Below, one piece after another: positions 24,268-32,000 of a stretch of DNA of 32,000 bases. The DNA is from Oxalobacteraceae bacterium (GTDB taxonomy: Bacteria; Pseudomonadota; Gammaproteobacteria; Burkholderiales; Burkholderiaceae_D). The position numbers were made by a program, and so were the translations under genes. The stretch is from contig JAIXXZ010000112.1 in NCBI GenBank assembly GCA_027490465.1, positions 8,052-40,051 of the forward strand, in the 5' to 3' direction. The notes below the pieces were generated by a model, which saw only the letters and a program-made list of their open reading frames with translations, made no database searches and was not told where the DNA came from. Every line of letters starts with the position of its first letter. Position 1 is the stretch's first letter.

Positions 24268-25121
24268 TCATTCTGCCCATCATGCAAACACCCACTGTCA
24301 GCTCCACTACCGATGATGCGATGACCGCTGCAGGCCAGCCTCGTGTCAACGCTGATTTGTCGCTTGAAGTGAAGAATGTCGTCGTGAGATTCGGTGGCGT
24401 GGTTGCGCTGGATGGTGTGAGTTTTGGTATACCCCGGGGAAAAATAATCGCGTTAATCGGTCCCAATGGTGCAGGGAAAACGACTCTCTTTAATTGCATC
24501 AGCCGCTTGTACACACCTTCATCAGGCGATGTTTTGTACTGCGGTAAATCGCTGCTGCGCATGCCTGCGCACCATGTCGCCCATGCAGGCATAGGCCGAA
24601 CCTTTCAAAACCTCGCACTGTTCCAGGGTCTGAGCGTTACAGACAACATCAAAATAGGAACCCACATACGCACTCGGGGAAACTTGTTGTCAGATGCTTT
24701 GCGCATGCCCTTGTCGCGTAAGGCAAATGCCGATGCAATGGTGATCGCCGATCAGCTGATCAGCTATTTGGATCTTGAATCTGTCGCATCAATCAAGGTA
24801 AACGATCTGCCGTTTGGAACCCAAAAGCGTGTCGAGTTAGCCAGGGCACTGGCGACGCAGCCAAGCTTGCTACTGTTGGATGAGCCTGCGTGCGGGCTGA
24901 ATCATGAGGAAGTGATCGAACTGGGCCAGATGATCCAGCGAATTCGCGCTGATTTCCGTCTGACTGTATTGCTCGTCGAGCACCATATGGGGCTGGTGAT
25001 GTCGATATCGGATCACATCATCGCCTTGAACTTTGGGCGTCAGATCGCAGAGGGTACGCCGGAGGAGATACAACGACATCCCGATGTCATCGGTGCGTAT
25101 CTCGGCGGAGCGAGCGCATGA
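24264..25121 (+). CDS. ABC transporter ATP-binding protein, LivG-like (alternative ATG at 24282)
   Basis: Walker A GPNGAGKTT and Walker B LLLLDEPACGL. GTGA overlap with the upstream stop. Confidence 0.9.
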   Translation: MIILPIMQTPTVSSTTDDAMTAAGQPRVNADLSLEVKNVVVRFGGVVALDGVSFGIPRGKIIALIGPNGAGKTTLFNCISRLYTPSSGDVLYCGKSLLRMPAHHVAHAGIGRTFQNLALFQGLSVTDNIKIGTHIRTRGNLLSDALRMPLSRKANADAMVIADQLISYLDLESVASIKVNDLPFGTQKRVELARALATQPSLLLLDEPACGLNHEEVIELGQMIQRIRADFRLTVLLVEHHMGLVMSISDHIIALNFGRQIAEGTPEEIQRHPDVIGAYLGGASA

Positions 25122-25831
25122 AAGGGCAGCTCGTTATCAGGAGCCTGACGGCCGCTTACGGTAGCAGTCGGGTTTTGCATGACATGAATCTCAGCGTGAA
25201 TGTCGGGGAGATCGCCGCGCTGCTGGGTGCGAACGGCGCTGGAAAGACCAGTACCTTGCGGGCAATCAGCGGCATGCTGTCGCGCCAGGGCTGTATCGAG
25301 TTCAATGGGCGGCGTATCGATCAGTTATCCACGGAAGAGGTCGCGCGGCTGGGTGTGGGTCACGTGCCCGATGGGCGTGGCACTTTCGGTGCCTTGAGTG
25401 TGCTTGAAAACTTACAGCTCGGCGCCATTCGTCGCAGCGACAAGGTCGGCATCAACGGCGATATGAGCCGGATATTTGACTACTTTCCGGTTCTTTTCGA
25501 TCGGCGTACGCAACAGGCAGGCACCCTTTCCGGTGGTGAGCAGCAAATGCTCGCGGTTGGTCGGGCATTGATGGCGCGTCCCAGCTTGCTTTTGCTTGAT
25601 GAACCCTCGTTTGGTCTTGCGCCGCTGGTCGTACGGGATCTCTTTCTCATATTCCGAAGACTCAATAAAGAGCAAGGCCTCAGCATACTTCTGGTTGAAC
25701 AGAACGCCCATCTGGCCTTGGATCTGGCAGACCAGGCTTTTCTTCTCGAGACCGGCCGTATTGTCTTTTCCGGTTCAGCAGAAGCGATTCAGCGTAACGA
25801 CAGCATTCGTCGCGCCTATTTGGGAAATTGA
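25118..25831 (+). CDS. ABC transporter ATP-binding protein, LivF-like
   Basis: Walker A GANGAGKTS, signature LSGGEQQML and Walker B LLLLDEPSFGLAP. Confidence 0.9.
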   Translation: MKGQLVIRSLTAAYGSSRVLHDMNLSVNVGEIAALLGANGAGKTSTLRAISGMLSRQGCIEFNGRRIDQLSTEEVARLGVGHVPDGRGTFGALSVLENLQLGAIRRSDKVGINGDMSRIFDYFPVLFDRRTQQAGTLSGGEQQMLAVGRALMARPSLLLLDEPSFGLAPLVVRDLFLIFRRLNKEQGLSILLVEQNAHLALDLADQAFLLETGRIVFSGSAEAIQRNDSIRRAYLGN

Positions 25832-26712
25832 TCATGGAGTTATTTCTACAGCAGCTGGTCGCTGGACTATCGACAGGAACGATTTACGCCTGCGTGGCGC
25901 TCGCGGTCGTCATGATTTATCAGGCCATCGGTCGGGTCAATTTTTCGCAGGGTGAAATGGCCATGCTGTCTACCTTTGCGGGTTGGCAGATGATTGAGTA
26001 CGGCATGCCGTACTGGCTGGCTTTTCCTCTCACAGTCGTGCTGTCGTTTGTATTTGGCGTCTTGATCGAACGCATCCTGATGCGGCCGCTCCGCGGTGCG
26101 CCTGCACTGAGCCTGGTGATTGTGTTTATTGGCTTGCTACTCATTTTTAATAGCGTCGCGGGATACATTTGGAGCTACACAGTCAAATCGTTCCCCACGC
26201 CATTCGGTACCGCGCCGTTTCTGGGAAGTGTCTGGATCAGTCAGCATCAGGTCGGCATGATGGGCACGACCTTAGCGATCCTGTTTCTGTTGTTTCTCTT
26301 TTTTCGGTTTACCCGTGTCGGCTTGGCCATGCGTGGAGCCGCAGATAACCCAGAATCGGCGCGGCTCTTGGGTATCCGTGTCTGGACCATGGAAGGGCTG
26401 GGTTGGGGACTCGCCGCCGCCATCGGTGCCGTGGCCGGCATGCTGATCGCACCGATTGTCTTCCTCGAGCCAAACATGATGGCAGGCACCCTGGTCTATG
26501 GATTTGCCGGAGCCGTCCTTGGCGGGCTGACGAGCCCCGGTGGTGCTGTCCTCGGCGGGATCATCGTGGGGGTAATGGAGAACCTCGCTGGCACATTCAT
26601 TCCCGTGATTGGCGGCGAACTCAAACTCACATTGGCTCTGATCACCATCGTTGGTGTCCTTGTGATTCGTCCACAGGGCCTGTTGGGTAAAAAAATGGTG
26701 CGCCGCGTATGA
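25828..26712 (+). CDS. Branched-chain amino acid-type ABC permease, LivH-like
   Basis: 294-aa polytopic protein with N-terminus LQQLVAGLSTGTIYACVALAVVMIY, typical of the HAAT family. 4-nt overlaps with its neighbours. Confidence 0.85.
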   Translation: MIMELFLQQLVAGLSTGTIYACVALAVVMIYQAIGRVNFSQGEMAMLSTFAGWQMIEYGMPYWLAFPLTVVLSFVFGVLIERILMRPLRGAPALSLVIVFIGLLLIFNSVAGYIWSYTVKSFPTPFGTAPFLGSVWISQHQVGMMGTTLAILFLLFLFFRFTRVGLAMRGAADNPESARLLGIRVWTMEGLGWGLAAAIGAVAGMLIAPIVFLEPNMMAGTLVYGFAGAVLGGLTSPGGAVLGGIIVGVMENLAGTFIPVIGGELKLTLALITIVGVLVIRPQGLLGKKMVRRV

Positions 26713-27707
26713 AGGAAAAAATACTGCATCAGGGACGAGACATCAGCTCTGCGACAAAAGTTTTCATGGTCATGGCGATGCTTGTATTGGCCGCTGTCCT
26801 GCCGGTATTCGCCAAAGGATTTGTACTGTTTCAAGCAACACAGATCATGATTTTTGCCATTGCCATTCTTGGATTGAATCTGCTGGTGGGATTCAGCGGA
26901 CAGCTCTCGCTCGGCCATGGGGCGTTCTTCGCAGTGGGCGCCTACGCGGCAGCGATTCTGATGGCGCAATTCGAACTTCATTATGTCCTCGCCATCGTCG
27001 CGGCTGGAATCATTACCTTTGTGTTTGGTTTTTTGTTTGGATTGCCGGCGCTGCGACTGGAAGGTGTTTATCTGGCCATGGCGACATTCTCATTGGCTGT
27101 TGCGATGCCGCAGGTGATCAAGCTTTCTGTTCTGGAGCATTGGACCGGAGGCTCTCAGGGCATTGCCATCGACAAACCACAGGCTCCGTTCGGCTTATCG
27201 ATCAACGAGGATCAATGGCTCTATCTGATCACCCTGACAGCGACATCCGTACTTTATCTTGTCGCAAAAAATATCACGAGTAGTCGTACGGGTCTCGCTC
27301 TGCTGGCGGTCAAGGAAAATCCTCTCGCAGCCAGAGCCATGGGAGTCAATGAATCGGTTTATAAAACGCTCGCCTTTGGTCTGAGTGCAGGATTCAACGG
27401 CATCGCAGGTTCGTTAAGTGCAATGGCCGTTCAGTACATCGCACCGGAGAGCTTCACCTTTTATCTTTCGGCGGCCATTCTGGTCGGTTTGGTGGTTGGG
27501 GGTGTCGGATGGTTACCGGGGGCGTTTTTTGGAGCAGTCTTTGTTTTGCTCGTACCGAACCTTGCAGAAAGCGTTTCAAAAGGTCTTTCCGGTGCTGTTT
27601 ACGGAGGTTTTTTGATTGCGATGATATTTTTTATGCCATCAGGTTTGAGTACGTGTCGACATTTTATTTTCGATCGGTTGCAGCGCAAAAGCAGGCATTC
27701 TCTTTGA
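26709..27707 (+). CDS. Branched-chain amino acid-type ABC permease, LivM-like
   Basis: 332-aa polytopic protein carrying GLNLLVGFSGQLSLGHGAFFAVGAY, typical of LivM. Confidence 0.85.
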   Translation: MKEKILHQGRDISSATKVFMVMAMLVLAAVLPVFAKGFVLFQATQIMIFAIAILGLNLLVGFSGQLSLGHGAFFAVGAYAAAILMAQFELHYVLAIVAAGIITFVFGFLFGLPALRLEGVYLAMATFSLAVAMPQVIKLSVLEHWTGGSQGIAIDKPQAPFGLSINEDQWLYLITLTATSVLYLVAKNITSSRTGLALLAVKENPLAARAMGVNESVYKTLAFGLSAGFNGIAGSLSAMAVQYIAPESFTFYLSAAILVGLVVGGVGWLPGAFFGAVFVLLVPNLAESVSKGLSGAVYGGFLIAMIFFMPSGLSTCRHFIFDRLQRKSRHSL

Positions 27708-27724
27708 CTAACCAGGAGTGAAGC

Positions 27725-29053
27725 ATGAACGGTCTGAGCATCATGAAAATCACGAATTTAATAAATAGAAAAGCTGAGTCCAGTCTCACTATCACGTCGA
27801 GTACGGGTAATGAAAAAAAGCAAGGTAAAGCAAGTCACATCTGCTTCGGAAGCTGGTTTGCAGCACTGGTGTTTTGTGGCGCGGTCATGCCGGGTGCGTG
27901 GGCTGAAAAAGCGTCATTACCCGGGTTTTCAGATACAGAAATACGAATCGGTAATACTAGCCCCTACAGCGGTCCGGGCTCAGCCTACAGCACCATTACC
28001 AAGACTGAGGCAGCGTACTTCAAAATGATCAATGAAAACGGCGGAATCAATGGCCGCAAGATCAACTTCATTTCGTATGACGACGCATTGAGTCCACCAA
28101 AAACCGTTGAGCAAACGCGCAAATTAGTCGAGAGCGACGATGTGCTGGCGATGTTTAATACGATTGGTACTGCGGCAAATTTGGCATCGCAAAAATATCT
28201 CAATGCTAAACAGGTACCTCAATTATTAGTAGGCGGTGGCGCGACACATTTAGTCGATCCGAAAAAATATCCATGGACTATGGGATGGCAGCCGACCTAC
28301 TTTAGCGAAGGATCAATCTATGCCAAGCATATTCTGGCCAGCCTTCCCAATGCGAAGATTGCAGTGCTTTATCAGAACGATGATTTCGGTAAAGACTATC
28401 TGGCCGGACTGAAAGCAGGTCTGGGTGAGAAATCAAGTGCCATGATCATTTCCACAGCAACCTATGAGCCGGCCGACCCCACGGTCGACTCCCAAATACT
28501 TAAGCTCAAAGCCTCCGGCGCTGATGTTCTCGTGAACATCACGACACCGAAGTTTGCCTCTCAGGTAATTAAGAAAGTGGCCGAGATTGGCTGGAAGCCG
28601 GCGCATTACTTGATCAATATTTCTGTTTCGGTTGGCGCTGTAATGAAGCCGGCCGGTATTGAGAACAGTCAGGGTATTTTGAGTACCGCTTATCTGATGG
28701 AATCCACAGACGCTCGCTGGAAAGATCACCCTGAAATGAAAGCCTGGTCTGCTTTTATGGATAAGTACATGCCCGGTGCAAACAAGGCAGATTCCATGAC
28801 GGTTTATGGCTACGTCACAGCTCAGGCTTTGGTCCAGATTCTGACGCAATGCGGGAACGATTTGTCACGGGCGAATGTGATGAAGCAAGCCGCCAGTCTG
28901 AACAAGATTCCATTCAAACTGATGATTCCAGGGATAGTTGCGCACACGACGCCCACGGATTTGTATCCCATACAGCAAATGCAAATGATGCGGCTCAAGG
29001 GAGAGCAGTGGGAGCTTTTCGGCCCCATCATCAGCAGCGGGGTGGGCCAGTGA
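27725..29053 (+). CDS. ABC transporter periplasmic substrate-binding protein (type I PBP, Liv-like cluster)
   Basis: AGGAG SD 8 nt upstream. Signal-peptide-like FAALVFCGAVMPGAWA sits after an unusually long N-region. The IRIGNTSPYSGPGSAY block is typical of the family. Confidence 0.85.
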   Translation: MNGLSIMKITNLINRKAESSLTITSSTGNEKKQGKASHICFGSWFAALVFCGAVMPGAWAEKASLPGFSDTEIRIGNTSPYSGPGSAYSTITKTEAAYFKMINENGGINGRKINFISYDDALSPPKTVEQTRKLVESDDVLAMFNTIGTAANLASQKYLNAKQVPQLLVGGGATHLVDPKKYPWTMGWQPTYFSEGSIYAKHILASLPNAKIAVLYQNDDFGKDYLAGLKAGLGEKSSAMIISTATYEPADPTVDSQILKLKASGADVLVNITTPKFASQVIKKVAEIGWKPAHYLINISVSVGAVMKPAGIENSQGILSTAYLMESTDARWKDHPEMKAWSAFMDKYMPGANKADSMTVYGYVTAQALVQILTQCGNDLSRANVMKQAASLNKIPFKLMIPGIVAHTTPTDLYPIQQMQMMRLKGEQWELFGPIISSGVGQ

Positions 29054-29105
29054 GTTCAGGCGCAATGCATCATCCTCATCATCATCCAGCGTCAGCGAGT
29101 TGGTA

Positions 29106-30722
29106 ATGGCTGACGTCATCACATATGACTACATCATCGTCGGTGCGGGTTCGGCCGGATGCGTGCTTGCGAACCGACTATCAGAGGACCCCTCGGTCTC
29201 GGTATTGCTGCTTGAAGCTGGTCCGGAGGACAAGAGCCTTTGGATGAAAATTCCCGCCGGCGCCTCTCGCGTTTTTGGTCCGGGGCCGACGAACTGGGCT
29301 TACTTTACTGAGCCTGAAAAACATCTTCGCGATCGAAAAATTTACTGGCCACGAGGACGCACATTGGGAGGCTCAAGCTCAATCAATGGGATGGTTTACC
29401 TTCGCGGACATCCCGAGGACTACAACGACTGGGCCCGACTGGGTAATCCGGGCTGGTCCTGGGATGAAGTCATGCCTTACTTCAAGCGCAGCGAGAATCA
29501 ACAGCACGGTGCCAGTGCGATGCACGGTGCGGATGGACCGCTGGCGGTCAGCGATCCGGCGATTGATGATGAAGGCAGCCGCTTGTTTATTCAGTCTTCG
29601 GTCAATGCCGGACTGCCGTTTCGCCGAGATCTCAATGATGGTATCCAGGAGGGCGTGGGACGGGCGCAGGTGACCGTCAGAGCGGGGCGGAGAAGTTCCA
29701 CCGCTGAGGCTTTTCTTCACCCTGTCAGGAGCCGTAAAAATCTGCATGTGGTGGTAGAGGCTCTGGCAGAGCAGGTTCTGATGGAGGATCGCCGGGCCGT
29801 GGGTCTGCGTTACACCCGCGGTGGTCAGCAAGTCGAGGTCAGATCCCGGCGCGAGGTCATCCTGTCTGGGGGAGTCATCAATTCGCCCCAATTACTGATG
29901 CTGTCAGGAATCGGTCCCGGTGAGCATCTGCAGCAACGAGGCATCAAGGTCGCGCATGCACTCGCGGGCGTGGGCGCTAATTTGCAGGATCACTTGTACG
30001 TCTACTACATCGCCGAGTGCGAAAAATCCATTTCGGTTAATCATCAACTCACCGGCGCAAGAATGTACTTTCAGGCGCTGAAGTATTTTATGAACCGTAG
30101 CGGCTACCTCAATATCGGTGCGGTCCAGGCAACTGCTTTTCCCAAAGTGGCAAAAAATGCTGATCGCCCAGATGTTGAAATCAGCTTTCGGCCGATGAGC
30201 CTGACGATCAGTAAAACGGGGGCCATTGTTCTTGACTCATTTCCAGGCATTAATGCGTCTTGTAGCTTGCTCAGACCCAAAGCACGTGGATCGATTCAAC
30301 TGGCCAGCCCAGATCCGCGTGAGCCGGCACGCATTTTCGCTAATTATCTTGATAACGATGAAGATCTCTCAGTGATGCGCGAGGGCATGCGATGGATCAG
30401 AAACGTATTCAACACACCACCTTTGGCAAACTTCATCAAGACTGAAGTTTCGCCGGGTATGTCAATCAAAACCGATGCCGAATGGGAGAGTTTCATTCGC
30501 GACTCCGCTCAGTCGGTGTATCACCCCGTCGGTACCTGTGCAATGGGAGTGGATGAGCAGTCTGTGGTTGATCCCGAGCTGAGAGTCTATGGGATAAAAA
30601 ACCTTCGCGTCGTAGATGCATCGGTGATGCCGCGCATTACGTCCTGCAACACCAACGCACCGACCATCATGATTGCCGAAAAAGCTGCTGCAATGATTAT
30701 TGCAGACCAAAAATCAACGTAA
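29106..30722 (+). CDS. GMC-family FAD oxidoreductase (choline/alcohol dehydrogenase-like)
   Basis: Motifs YDYIIVGAGSAGCVLANRLSED, GGSSSINGMVYLRG and C-terminal HPVGTCAMG. I prefer the ATG at 29106 over the TTG at 29100 used in the ORF track. Confidence 0.9.
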   Translation: MADVITYDYIIVGAGSAGCVLANRLSEDPSVSVLLLEAGPEDKSLWMKIPAGASRVFGPGPTNWAYFTEPEKHLRDRKIYWPRGRTLGGSSSINGMVYLRGHPEDYNDWARLGNPGWSWDEVMPYFKRSENQQHGASAMHGADGPLAVSDPAIDDEGSRLFIQSSVNAGLPFRRDLNDGIQEGVGRAQVTVRAGRRSSTAEAFLHPVRSRKNLHVVVEALAEQVLMEDRRAVGLRYTRGGQQVEVRSRREVILSGGVINSPQLLMLSGIGPGEHLQQRGIKVAHALAGVGANLQDHLYVYYIAECEKSISVNHQLTGARMYFQALKYFMNRSGYLNIGAVQATAFPKVAKNADRPDVEISFRPMSLTISKTGAIVLDSFPGINASCSLLRPKARGSIQLASPDPREPARIFANYLDNDEDLSVMREGMRWIRNVFNTPPLANFIKTEVSPGMSIKTDAEWESFIRDSAQSVYHPVGTCAMGVDEQSVVDPELRVYGIKNLRVVDASVMPRITSCNTNAPTIMIAEKAAAMIIADQKST

Positions 30723-30750
30723 TACCCACCTAATGACCAGGAGTCGCAGC

Positions 30751-32000
30751 ATGACCCAGCAATATGAACTGTACATAGACGGCAAATTCACACCGCCTGA
30801 AGCAGGGCAATATTTTGATTCCTTTAGTCCTGCTACCGGAACGCTCGTAGCCAGAGTGGCGCAGGGGAATGCCAAAGACGTTGATTTGGCAGTGCAGTCC
30901 GCATTTGCTGCAAAACGTGTGTGGGCAGAAATGAATCCGCTGGAGCGAGGCAAGATTTTACGAAAATTAGCCGACCTTCTCGTTCAAAATGCTGCCTACC
31001 TTGGCAAGTTGGAATCGGAAGAGATGGGTATGCCATCCAGTCTTTCACCGATGATTGTGGTGGAATCTGCCAAGTTCTTTGACTACTACGGTGGTCTCGC
31101 AGCATCCATTCACGGTGATACGATCCCCATCAATCCTCAGATATTTTGCTACAACCTTTACGAGCCCTATGGCGTCGTCGGCATTATTACGCCTTGGAAT
31201 GGTCCTCTCAATCAGGCAGCCCGTAGTCTGGCGCCTGCCTTAGCCGCAGGTAACACAGTGGTTCTCAAGCCCAGCGAGTTTTCGTCACTGACCGCACTCG
31301 AAATGGCACGCTTGGCGACGGAGGCAGGCATCCCCAACGGAGTATTCAATGTCGTCACGGGTGATGGTGTGAATGCGGGCGCGCCGCTGGTGACCCATCC
31401 ACTGGTTCGCAAGATATCCTTTACCGGCTCTGTCAAGACCGGGCAGGCTATCGGCGCCATTGCCGCTCAAAAGATCATGCCGGTCACGCTCGAGTTGGGG
31501 GGGAAATCTCCCAACATCGTTTTCGAAGACGCGAAACTTGATGCCGCGGTTCCCATGGTGTTAATGGGTTTTATTTTGAATAGTGGCCAGATTTGTACTT
31601 CCGGGACGCGTATTCTGGTGCAGCGGACAATATTCGATGTGTTCGCCGCGAAGATTGCTGCGGCGGCCGCGAGCTTCCCGATAGGGCGCGATCGTCCTTT
31701 CCCAACGCTGGGTCCCATCGCCAACAAGCCTCAGTTTGAGAAGATTCTTGGATTTTTCGAGAGCGCACGCCAGGAGGGGGCCACCTGTCTGACCGGGGGA
31801 GAGCGGGCTTCGGGGGAGGGACTGGATCAGGGGCTGTACATCAAGCCCACGCTGTTCACCAACGTAACGCCCGACATGAAGGTAGTAAGGGAAGAAATTT
31901 TTGGTCCGGTTGGTGTGCTGATTCCCTTTGACAGTGAAGAAGAGGCGATCCGCATCGCCAATGATACGGAGTATGGTCTTGCGTCCGGCATATGGACCCA
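30751..32000 (+). CDS. NAD(P)-dependent aldehyde dehydrogenase (3' end beyond the window)
   Basis: My own translation from the ATG at 30751 (AGGAG at 30739-30743) gives MTQQYELYIDGKFTPPEAGQYFDSFSPATG. It contains ELGGKSP (about 31495) and the catalytic-Cys block NSGQICTSGTR. The frame stays open to position 32000, which is why it is absent from the ORF track. Confidence 0.9.
   Translation, partial: MTQQYELYIDGKFTPPEAGQYFDSFSPATGTLVARVAQGNAKDVDLAVQSAFAAKRVWAEMNPLERGKILRKLADLLVQNAAYLGKLESEEMGMPSSLSPMIVVESAKFFDYYGGLAASIHGDTIPINPQIFCYNLYEPYGVVGIITPWNGPLNQAARSLAPALAAGNTVVLKPSEFSSLTALEMARLATEAGIPNGVFNVVTGDGVNAGAPLVTHPLVRKISFTGSVKTGQAIGAIAAQKIMPVTLELGGKSPNIVFEDAKLDAAVPMVLMGFILNSGQICTSGTRILVQRTIFDVFAAKIAAAAASFPIGRDRPFPTLGPIANKPQFEKILGFFESARQEGATCLTGGERASGEGLDQGLYIKPTLFTNVTPDMKVVREEIFGPVGVLIPFDSEEEAIRIANDTEYGLASGIWT

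Noticed and set aside
27810-28028. Alternative ATG at 27810 followed by an A7 run. With one extra A it would give a textbook signal peptide (MKKKQGKASHICFGSWFAALVFCGAVMPGAWA) for the binding protein, hinting at a homopolymer frameshift or phase variation.
   Set aside because: As sequenced, this ATG is out of frame. The in-frame ATG at 27725 has a good AGGAG SD and yields an intact ORF. There is no evidence for slippage without read-level data.
29054-29122. His-rich peptide (HHPHHHP) in ORF 28849-29106 and the antisense ORF 28865-29122
   Set aside because: Both overlap the 3' end of the binding-protein gene or the short intergenic region, lack SD sequences, and are typical out-of-frame artefacts in GC-richer DNA.
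578-31768. The many 60-180-aa ORFs nested inside or antisense to the long genes, e.g. 578-814, 3931-4332, 5972-6286, 9373-9744, 9521-9883, 18122-18505, 19323-19874, 20033-20422, 26496-26981, 29379-29891, 30714-31727
   Set aside because: Each is fully overlapped by a longer ORF with clear family motifs. Their peptides are low-complexity (Arg/Ser/Pro/Ala-rich), as expected for off-frame translation. None has a convincing SD.

Overview
This looks like a proteobacterial chromosome segment made of three blocks. All family calls come from motifs I recognise by eye; no database search was possible.

(1) 1-7035: a plus-strand, translationally coupled surface-polysaccharide operon. It encodes an AT-rich Wzy-like membrane protein, four glycosyltransferases and an unusual nucleotidyltransferase-like/P-loop-kinase fusion.

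(2) About 7040-17650: an accessory, mobile-element-like segment of mostly orphan genes.
- A full-length tyrosine integrase (13477-14856) lies next to a 45-nt tRNA-Asn 3' fragment (14983-15027). The fragment is flanked on both sides by arm-type-like repeats.
- A second, minimal tyrosine recombinase (9204-9770) has a perfect 12-6-12 palindrome upstream.
- A roughly 250-bp array of AGTTGC/GCAACT hexamers is strictly segregated by strand (7919-8170).
- Two perfect DnaA boxes form one palindrome (8919-8941).
- A strongly acidic small protein is encoded at 12433-12930.
- Just beyond the att core is a low-GC three-gene cassette (15322-17444): an unknown 278-aa protein translationally coupled to a 4-TM protein, convergent with a lone phage T4 gp32-like ssDNA-binding protein. 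This cassette is my best candidate for an undescribed system, possibly phage defence or satellite function.

(3) 17650-32000: a catabolic locus of higher GC. It holds a divergent Fe-ADH-family protein, a LysR regulator, a bbs-like beta-oxidation module (Cys-less DUF35, SCP-x-type thiolase, SDR, family III CoA-transferase, crotonase), a Liv-type ABC transporter, a GMC oxidoreductase and a partial aldehyde dehydrogenase that runs off the window.
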